From Anaerolineales bacterium (GTDB taxonomy: Bacteria > Chloroflexota > Anaerolineae > Anaerolineales > Villigracilaceae): a stretch of DNA of 38,659 nucleotides. The stretch is from the NCBI GenBank assembly GCA_049792555.1, contig JBARBA010000557.1, positions 1 through 38,659 on the forward strand, read 5' to 3'. Shown here piece by piece: positions 32,901 to 38,659 of the stretch; positions within the stretch are counted from its first letter, which is position 1, and every line of letters starts with the position of its first letter. Below the pieces are notes generated by a model, which saw only the letters and a program-made list of their open reading frames with translations, made no database searches and was not told the origin of the DNA. The position numbers were made by a program, and so were the translations under genes.

Positions 32901-33441
32901 CTGGATACTCGAATTGAGCGAGACCAGTAACGCAGGTGGCGCACTGAACAGCAGCGCAACCACCTTCTATCTGGGCGATGACGCGACAAAGAAGCAATAT
33001 CGCGGCATTCTGTCGTTCAGCACCGGGGCCAGCCTGCCGGATAACGCCGTCATCACCGGGGTGACGCTCAAGGTCAGGCAGCAGGCCATCCTCGGCGGCG
33101 GCAACCCCGTAACCATGTTCCAGGGCTTCATGTTCGATGTCAAAAATGGCTTCTTCGGCAGCGCCTCGACGCTGCAAACCGGCGATTTCCAGGCAGCGGC
33201 CAGCGCAACCTATGGCCCCTCTGCGCCCGCCCCGGTCGGCGGCTGGTATAGCTTCAACCTAACCGGCGCTAAACTCTTCGTCAACAAACTGGCAACCGGT
33301 TTCGGCCTGACCCAAATCCGCCTGCGCTTCAAGCTGGACGATAATAACAACGCGATTGCCAACTATCTCAGTTTGTACAGCGGCAATGTCACGACGGCGG
33401 CCTATCGTCCGCAGTTGGTGATTACATATTACCTGCCGTAG
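29971..33441 (+). CDS. Secreted multidomain trypsin-like (S1) serine protease with PA14-like, PKD-like, Ig-like and C-terminal DNRLRE-like domains
   Basis: GGAGGG SD lies 4 nt before ATG 29971 (MRTKNK..., signal peptide). Protease motifs: IVGGDQATPGEWPWQVAI, LTATHC (His), DNDITLLKL (Asp), GDSGGPL (Ser). PA14-like NWVAEYNGTINFAPGNYVFQVQNDDGLKMW, PKD-like WDYGDGQTS...HTYTNTGSYTV, and a C-terminus ending RPQLVITY. Confidence 0.88.
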   Translation: MRTKNKISLIHKSLYGIMLLGLFLATVSTPGFSTARAQQVATAVPTTHTHEVDTLTPTPDISRNLPGIVGGDQATPGEWPWQVAIVFNSATNIYNGFTCGGSLVGYQWVLTATHCVIHRDKDGHKIGYLRPDEIDIIAGIYDLKTPASGYQRRHVSQIIVNDLNYSDVPDDNDITLLKLDSLITIGGSGATRTAIIPLVPSTIGSLIGIDSWVTGWGKTTPLIIPTPTPQPSQTPPPSQLVSQFLLKVQLPIRANAICNDSSHYNGHITDNMLCAGLDAGGHDFCNGDSGGPLVIDNGGGGNWNLAGIVSFSGVSRSMNMDCAVPNLEGVYTRVSRYVDWIRSYVPLCGALLNITTQGGGTATSFGSNTSGCPYREVTSGPTVTLMAPADSGWSFSHWIGASGGASTNYTVTGPATVTAVFTQDGGSDTTPPTGSWTSPGNGQTISARTVNLTVNASDNSGGSGVREVRWSAKWNNQWSNIGADSVSPYSITWDMCTSDVPNGDVELGMEVWDNANNQWVYSEHYTNYHINKNYTCTANGTTNWSTKYYNGHDHWSDTNNFNGQMCEETINSIGLEKNYGSAAPCNNGVYDNWVAEYNGTINFAPGNYVFQVQNDDGLKMWANGADVVSRGGSDSPSYACPAHYFSGNVPIRVILNEEAGDAQVKIGWTTDTSVCNLPDVFNKANPSDGTAFQLTSPVLEWGSSNGQKDYAYCVDTSNNNNCDTGWQGVGNVTSTSLSNLAVGTYYWQVRAQNVGGETYANNNTWWSFTVQPESTVPSANFEAFSLSGMAPLTTTFHILNMANITYCFWDYGDGQTSETCTEIHDHTYTNTGSYTVALWVNGPNGHDFTSQTDYINVLPPPDTEPPTVSWTVPTTDKQVYDVANQIIPLGVGASDNVGISSVVFSRWDYANQVYVNIGTISMSPYRVNFDTSALLPGWNEIDANAYDSAGNSAFSYIFLNHVSPITKTISSVAAQDGWILELSETSNAGGALNSSATTFYLGDDATKKQYRGILSFSTGASLPDNAVITGVTLKVRQQAILGGGNPVTMFQGFMFDVKNGFFGSASTLQTGDFQAAASATYGPSAPAPVGGWYSFNLTGAKLFVNKLATGFGLTQIRLRFKLDDNNNAIANYLSLYSGNVTTAAYRPQLVITYYLP

Positions 33442-33537
33442 GGAAGGGGCTTCCCAACCCATCCCTACAGGGAAATGATACAATCAGGGATCAGGAGTAA
33501 TTGCGCTCAGATTACCTGCCAAACATGGAGATCGGAT

Positions 33538-33744
33538 ATGAAACTAAAAGTCGTAATTCACTCCGCTGAAGAAGGCGGATATTGGGCAGAAGTGCCCGCC
33601 ATCCCCGGTTGCGCCACACAAGGCGAGACTTTTGAAGAACTGCTTCAAAATTTATACGAGGCCGTGGATGGCTGTCTCTCGGTCGATATTGACGAAAAAG
33701 TAAAACTCGCCAAAGATGCCCACATGCTGGAAATCGTCGTATGA
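33538..33744 (+). CDS. hicB: HicB-family antitoxin (UPF0150)
   Basis: MKLKVVIHSAEEGGYWAEVPAIPGCATQGETFEELLQNLYEA is the typical HicB N-domain. GGAG lies 7 nt upstream. ATGA overlap with hicA. Confidence 0.8.
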   Translation: MKLKVVIHSAEEGGYWAEVPAIPGCATQGETFEELLQNLYEAVDGCLSVDIDEKVKLAKDAHMLEIVV

Positions 33745-33950
33745 AAACCGTTACAGGGGCAAAACTTGCCAGGACGCTGGAAAAACACGGCTGGAAATTG
33801 TTACGTATTAACGGCAGTCACCACATTTATGGGAAATCGGGGCAGGTGGAACGAATATCTGTTCCCATTCATGGCAATCAAGCGCTCAAAGTGGGGTTGC
33901 TACAGCATTTGCTAAAGGTTGCGGGCTTGAACGAGGATGACATTGTATAA
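33741..33950 (+). CDS. hicA: HicA-family mRNA interferase toxin
   Basis: GAKLARTLEKHGWKLLRINGSHHIY...IPIHGNQALKVGLLQHLLK (YcfA/HicA signature with the GSH motif). Confidence 0.85.
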   Translation: MKTVTGAKLARTLEKHGWKLLRINGSHHIYGKSGQVERISVPIHGNQALKVGLLQHLLKVAGLNEDDIV

Positions 33951-34262
33951 CGCATTTAATGTCGTTGGCAGCCAGGTTCTTTATCAGACCCTTTCGCCAC
34001 TTCATCGGGCAATCATCGGGCAGCCGTAGGGCAAGCGTCAAGCACGTTGGGACAGTCCATGATAAAGTAGGGGCACAGGTTTTTCTCTTCTCCTCCTTGA
34101 AAGAGAGCCGGGGTCGGCGTCCCCGGCTCTCTCGATTCTTGGGGCATGGCAGCTTCGTTCGTATCAAGATCATTCTTCCCCCACGAAATATACAACTGAT
34201 TCATCCGCTGTTCATCTTGACCCCTTATAGTTGATATACATTATCCAAATAAGGAGTTCACC

Positions 34263-34763
34263 ATGGCAAATTACAGATCGAACACCAATAGTTCTGGCGG
34301 CTTTGTATCGAAGCTTTTCCTGACTGCTTTTGTTGCACTCTCTTTCGTGGCATACGTTTTGCACGAACACTTTACCACCCCGGCCCAGGCCAATAGCAGC
34401 AACAACAATGGCGCGCCGTTCCCGTCCAACGGCGCTCAAACTGCAAACGTATCGTCCGGCGGGGGCATTTCAGGCGGACCCTACAAGGACGGCACGTATA
34501 CGGGCAGTCAAGCCGACGCGTATTACGGTATGGTGCAGGTGCAGGCAACCATCCAGAGCGGAAAAATCACCGGCGTGAACTTCCTGGAATATCCCAATCA
34601 CCGGCGCACTTCCCAACAAATCAATGACCAGGTCATGCCCTGGCTGCAACAGGAAGCCATCCAGGCCCAGAGCGCGCAGGTGGACCTGATCTCCGGCGCG
34701 ACGTTGACCAGCCAGGCCTTTGCGACGTCCCTCCAAGCTGCATTGAATGCGGCCCGGAATTAA
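34263..34763 (+). CDS. Membrane-anchored FMN-binding domain protein (ApbE substrate type)
   Basis: N-terminal TM segment LFLTAFVALSFVAYVL, then FMN_bind-like YKDGTYTGS...VQVQATIQSGKITGV...VDLISGATLTSQAF (SGAT flavinylation motif). Confidence 0.8.
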   Translation: MANYRSNTNSSGGFVSKLFLTAFVALSFVAYVLHEHFTTPAQANSSNNNGAPFPSNGAQTANVSSGGGISGGPYKDGTYTGSQADAYYGMVQVQATIQSGKITGVNFLEYPNHRRTSQQINDQVMPWLQQEAIQAQSAQVDLISGATLTSQAFATSLQAALNAARN

Positions 34764-34782
34764 CGCCGTGAGAGAGACGCGC

Positions 34783-35520
34783 ATGATGATGGGCATGCCC
34801 ATCATCGTCGAAGTGATCGACGCCTCGGCAGACGCCGGGTTGCTCGAAACGGTCTTCGCTTGGTTTGACGATGTGGACCGCAAATTCAGCACCTACAAGG
34901 AAGATAGCGAAATTTCACGCATCAACCGGGGAGAACTTGCCCTGTCGGAATCGAGCGAAGATATGCAAACCATCTTTGCCCTGGCCGAAGGCACCAAAAA
35001 GGCCACCGACGGCTACTTCGACATCCGGCGCGATGGCCGCTACGACCCTTCGGGGATCGTCAAAGGCTGGGCGATTTTCAACGCCGCCGATATCCTGCGT
35101 GGAAAAGGCTGCCGAAACTACTACGTCGACGCGGGCGGCGACATCCAGGTCGCCGGGAAAAATGCCCGGGGTCAGGATTGGCGGGTCGGCATCCAGAACC
35201 CGTTCGAGCCGCAGCAAATCGTCAAGGTGCTTTCCGTCAGCGATTGCGGCGTTGCCACTTCCGGGACGTATGTGCGCGGAGGGCATATTTACAACCCGAA
35301 AGAATCCGGGCAGCTTGTCACCGACATCGTCAGCCTGACGGTGGTCGGCCCGGATATTTATCAGGCAGACCGTTTTGCCACCGCCGCTTTTGCGATGGGC
35401 GCAGCCGGGATCTCTTTCATCGAAAACCTGGAAGGGTTCGAAGGCTATAGCATCGACCGCGACGGGCTGGCGACCTACACCACCAACTTCGAAAGGTACG
35501 TGTTGCATGAAAACCATTGA
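34783..35520 (+). CDS. apbE: FAD:protein FMN transferase (ApbE family), short form without a signal peptide
   Basis: MGMPIIVEV..., FSTYKEDSEISRIN, DPSGIVKGWA, YVDAGGDIQVAG, GVATSGTYVRG. Start at ATG 34783 after GAGAGAG. Confidence 0.85.
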   Translation: MMMGMPIIVEVIDASADAGLLETVFAWFDDVDRKFSTYKEDSEISRINRGELALSESSEDMQTIFALAEGTKKATDGYFDIRRDGRYDPSGIVKGWAIFNAADILRGKGCRNYYVDAGGDIQVAGKNARGQDWRVGIQNPFEPQQIVKVLSVSDCGVATSGTYVRGGHIYNPKESGQLVTDIVSLTVVGPDIYQADRFATAAFAMGAAGISFIENLEGFEGYSIDRDGLATYTTNFERYVLHENH

Positions 35521-37024
35521 TAACCTGCTCAATCGCATCACCATGTACCGGCTGACCCTGTATTATTTGATTTTCCTGCTCGGCGCGGCGGCGCTGCTCT
35601 CGCTGACCGGGTTCCTGACCTACGATATCTTTGCCCTGCTTTTCTCGGTTGCATTCCTGGTTGCGGTTTGTTGGGGCGCCAACCGGGTCTTTGCCGAAGT
35701 ATTCAACGTGCCCGCCAACGTGGAGTCGGTTTATATTTCGGCGTTGATCCTGGCGCTGATTATTGACCCGATCCGTTCTTTGAACGATCTCTGGTTTTTG
35801 GGCTGGGTGGCCGTGTTGGCGATGGCCTCGAAATACATCCTGGCGCTCAACCGCAAACACATCTTCAACCCGGTGGCTTTTGCCGTGGCCCTGACGTATT
35901 TCACCGTCAACCACTCGGCAAGCTGGTGGGTGGGCAGCGCGCCCATGCTGCCCTTCGTGCTGCTCGGCGGGCTGTTGATGCTGCGCAAGCTGGGACGTTT
36001 CGACCTGGCCCTCAGCTTTTTGGCGGCGGCCTTTGGCGTGACGCTGCTCGTTGACCTTTTCAACCCGGCCAACATCCTCGGCGACCTGCAAAAGATCGTG
36101 CTGTATTCTCCGCTGGTGTTTTTTGCTGCGGTCATCCTGACCGAGCCTTTGACCACCCCGCCCACGCGCCGCTTGCGCATCTATTATGGCGCGCTGACCG
36201 GCCTGTTGTTTTCCCCGCAGTTCCACCTCGGCAGTTTTTATGTGACGCCCGAACTGGCCATCCTGATCGGCAACCTGTACTCGTACGCCGTCAGCCCCAA
36301 AACGCGGGTGGCGCTCAAGCTCAAAGAAAAGCTCAAGATCGCGCCCGATATTTACGACTTTGTCTTCGCGCCTGTCAATAAATTTGCCTTCGTCCCCGGC
36401 CAATACATGGAATGGACGCTGGGCCATGCCCATACCGACGACCGCGGCAACCGGCGTTACTTTACCCTGGCCTCCGCGCCTGACGAAAACAACATCAGGA
36501 TGGGCGTCAAATTTTATGCGCGCTCCAGCAGCTACAAGAAAGCTCTGCTTGCCATGAAAAAGGGCGACGAAATCATCGCCGCGCAAGTTGCCGGGGATTT
36601 TGTCCTGCCGAAGGACCGCAGGCAGAAGTGTGTGCTGATTGCCGGTGGGGTGGGCGTCACGCCTTTCCGCAGCATGATTAAATCTTTGCTTGATGCCCGC
36701 CAAAAGCGGCCTGTGACCTTGTTTTACGCTAACAAGAGCGTTGACGAGATTATCTACAAAGATGTCTTCGACCAGGCCGAAAAGGAGTTGGGCATCAAGA
36801 CCATCTACACCGTCACCGACCGCCAAAACGTCCCGGCCACCTGGACGGGCAGGGTCGGGCGCATCGACGCGCAGTTGATCCAAAGCGCCGTCCCTGAGTA
36901 CAGGCAATGCGTCTTCTATATTTCCGGGCCGCGCAGCATGGTGGATGGGTTCAAGGCCACCTTGCGGCAGATGAACGTCCCGGCCTCGCAGATCAAGACC
37001 GATTTCTTTGCCGGGTTGGCTTGA
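35507..37024 (+). CDS. Fusion of an RnfD/NqrB-like polytopic membrane domain with a ferredoxin-reductase-type FAD/NAD(P)-binding domain
   Basis: The membrane half has KHIFNPVAFAV and ILTEPLTTPPT (RnfD/NqrB-like motifs). The C-terminal half has RRYFTLAS (RxYS/T FAD motif) and LIAGGVGVTPFRSM (NAD(P) motif). ATG 35507 overlaps the apbE end by 14 nt, so the track start at 35375 is rejected. Confidence 0.75.
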   Translation: MKTIDNLLNRITMYRLTLYYLIFLLGAAALLSLTGFLTYDIFALLFSVAFLVAVCWGANRVFAEVFNVPANVESVYISALILALIIDPIRSLNDLWFLGWVAVLAMASKYILALNRKHIFNPVAFAVALTYFTVNHSASWWVGSAPMLPFVLLGGLLMLRKLGRFDLALSFLAAAFGVTLLVDLFNPANILGDLQKIVLYSPLVFFAAVILTEPLTTPPTRRLRIYYGALTGLLFSPQFHLGSFYVTPELAILIGNLYSYAVSPKTRVALKLKEKLKIAPDIYDFVFAPVNKFAFVPGQYMEWTLGHAHTDDRGNRRYFTLASAPDENNIRMGVKFYARSSSYKKALLAMKKGDEIIAAQVAGDFVLPKDRRQKCVLIAGGVGVTPFRSMIKSLLDARQKRPVTLFYANKSVDEIIYKDVFDQAEKELGIKTIYTVTDRQNVPATWTGRVGRIDAQLIQSAVPEYRQCVFYISGPRSMVDGFKATLRQMNVPASQIKTDFFAGLA

Positions 37025-37032
37025 GCAGAAAT

Positions 37033-37077
37033 AATATCCCCCCGATGGAAATCATCGGGGGGATATTGTCATTTTTG
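37033..37077 (+). terminator. Strong intrinsic terminator
   Basis: AATATCCCCCCGATG-GAAAT-CATCGGGGGGATATT is a perfect 15-bp stem, followed by GTCATTTTT. Confidence 0.85.
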
Positions 37078-37212
37078 GGGAACGCTGTATCTTTTCAATA
37101 TTTGGGGAAATTGTTGTTGAGAGTGGTTTCGATACGGCGGCGGGATAGCACCGTCGCCTACTCAACCACCGATGATTGAGATGATACGGAACGCTTTTAC
37201 ATGGCAAAAGAT

Positions 37213-38659
37213 TTAGGGGAAAGTAATATTAACCGTGGAGACTCCTGTTCCGGAGCGCGTCGAATCGTATATCGTGCGGTTGAAGGCGGCGTAGATATCA
37301 TAGTTGACCCCTCCGGTATCGGATTCCCCGGTAAGGGCATACAAGAAGGGCGAATTCAGGAAACCGTTGACGACGTACATCTGCCAGTATAAATATTGAT
37401 CCTTGACCTGCAAATTCAACGGGTAAGACGTGTTGGCAATACCCGTGACAGTTTTAAGCACTCCACCTGGCGGAGTATTGAAATCGTTGCCATAAATTGC
37501 CATATTTGCGCCGACGACTTGCATTTCCGCATCCCTGGTCTGGGTTCCCGCGTCTCCGCCGTAACCATCGTTCGTTGCCGAGTCGCCGATATTCACGGTC
37601 CAACCTGTAGGCGTGCTTCCGTAAGTTACCTGGAAAGAGACGCTTGGCAGGCTCCACGATTGACCCGCAAGCTGGGTCGTTATTTTGGCAACAGCTTGCC
37701 CGCCGGATGGTGACTGAACCATGCTCACCACAGGCAGGCCACCGCAGGTGTGTGTGTTTGCGGTCAGGTTAATTTGGCAATTCATGAAACCGCTTATTTC
37801 GAATCTGCTCGTTGCCACCGTCCGTTCAACGTCAAGAGTTGGCGAATAGGTGCGAACATAGATTTTATTTCTCGATGGCGAGAAGGTCATAATCCGTAAG
37901 TACCCACTGCCGCCGTTTGCCATGGACTGGTAATCGGATAACAGGACATTCACGTTGCCGCCCAGGACGATCCTGCTTTCACCGGGTGTAGTGCTCGTGC
38001 CTCCCATGTGACCGGAAAGCATCATGGAAAGATTGGGATTGCCTTTCAGGGCATTGTAGATTGCAGTCCCCTGGTTCCCCATTACCCCCGATTCATTCAG
38101 AGTGTAGTGCGTGACGACGATGGCGCGTCGATTGGGGTATGTTTTCAAGATGCTGTCAGCCCATATCAAAACCGGGTCGGTGCCGGCGGCAGGCGGCACT
38201 GGCATCCCTGCATAACGGTCTCGCTGGTAACGCGCATCATAAGCCAAATTGACGACAACAAAGTCCATCCCACTGGCGCTGAAGAACATGTAGTTGTTGT
38301 CGTTTGTGCTGCCATAATGCCCACCATAAAGGGATCCATTGAAATACATCCTGCGGCCGGCGCTAAAAGTGTTATCGAAGTTAGTGACGCCGGTATCTGT
38401 CACGCCATCCTCATAGTCGTAATCGTGATTGCCGGGTTGGGCACTGTAAGGGATGCCGGCTGCGTCAAGCGTATACATGGCATTGGAAGCATTTGTCCAT
38501 TGCGTTGCAAGATTGCTTGCCGTGCCCCCGTTATTATTGACGATATCTCCCAGGTGAGCCACATAGACGATGTTGAGCGCAGCTTTATTATTGGCAATCC
38601 ACTGTGTTTGAGCCGCAAAAGTAGCCGGGTAGCTGTCGCTATAGTATTGGGTATCCGGC
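37213..38659 (-). CDS. Calcineurin-like metallophosphoesterase with an uncharacterised beta-rich C-terminal domain, 5'-partial
   Basis: The frame stays open upstream of the track start to the window end (...PDTQYYSDSYPATFAAQTQWIANNKAALNIVYVAHLGDIVNNN). Motifs DTQY, GDIV, GNHD, VTHY and SGHMG. Confidence 0.75.
   Translation of the reverse strand, partial: PDTQYYSDSYPATFAAQTQWIANNKAALNIVYVAHLGDIVNNNGGTASNLATQWTNASNAMYTLDAAGIPYSAQPGNHDYDYEDGVTDTGVTNFDNTFSAGRRMYFNGSLYGGHYGSTNDNNYMFFSASGMDFVVVNLAYDARYQRDRYAGMPVPPAAGTDPVLIWADSILKTYPNRRAIVVTHYTLNESGVMGNQGTAIYNALKGNPNLSMMLSGHMGGTSTTPGESRIVLGGNVNVLLSDYQSMANGGSGYLRIMTFSPSRNKIYVRTYSPTLDVERTVATSRFEISGFMNCQINLTANTHTCGGLPVVSMVQSPSGGQAVAKITTQLAGQSWSLPSVSFQVTYGSTPTGWTVNIGDSATNDGYGGDAGTQTRDAEMQVVGANMAIYGNDFNTPPGGVLKTVTGIANTSYPLNLQVKDQYLYWQMYVVNGFLNSPFLYALTGESDTGGVNYDIYAAFNRTIYDSTRSGTGVSTVNITFP

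Noticed and set aside
33475-33537. hicB start at 33475
   Set aside because: The family sequence starts at MKLKVVIH (ATG 33538) with GGAG 7 nt upstream. The extension has no SD and is not HicB-like.
35375-35506. N-terminal extension of the RnfD-FNR fusion gene to 35375, and the 496-aa antisense ORF 35417..36907
   Set aside because: The extension overlaps the apbE 3' end in another frame with a low-complexity product, while ATG 35507 starts directly at a hydrophobic membrane domain. The antisense ORF is an R/G/Q-rich shadow.

Overview
High-G+C (about 60% in core genes, from hand counts of sample stretches) bacterial chromosomal segment. The style fits a filamentous Chloroflexota-like genome: PT-rich linkers on secreted proteins and a SUF operon with a Rieske gene. 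That taxonomic call is inference only. Core content, in order:
- a 3'-partial secreted GH2 glycosidase, absent from the ORF track because it has no stop in the window
- hemB-hemL, a convergent ABC exporter, miaA and yraN
- a ttuB-like sulfur carrier plus ttuA
- a preQ1-like leader plus a yhhQ-type transporter
- a long minus-strand SUF cluster: sufC-sufB-sufD-small gene-sufS-sufU-orphan-GT39-like-Rieske-glgA
- tyrS, transcribed divergently from the SUF cluster.
From about 23.4 kb the content becomes accessory:
- two PT-linker lipoproteins
- a 1397-aa protein made of about 27 near-identical 40-aa Trp-rich tandem units
- a 120-aa orphan gene
- a 14 x 21-bp tandem DNA array with a palindromic core
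- a roughly 1157-aa secreted S1 protease with a sharp internal G+C switch
- hicBA
- an FMN-bind/ApbE/RnfD-FNR module
- a 5'-partial metallophosphoesterase.
I saw no rRNA, tRNA, CRISPR array, transposase or integrase. Intergenic spacers are unusually rich in dispersed palindromic (REP/MITE-like) elements. The best candidates for something undescribed are the 21-bp phased palindrome array with its adjacent orphan gene (29.0-29.7 kb) and the giant 40-aa-repeat protein operon (23.4-28.8 kb). All functional calls rest on by-eye motif recognition; no database search was possible.
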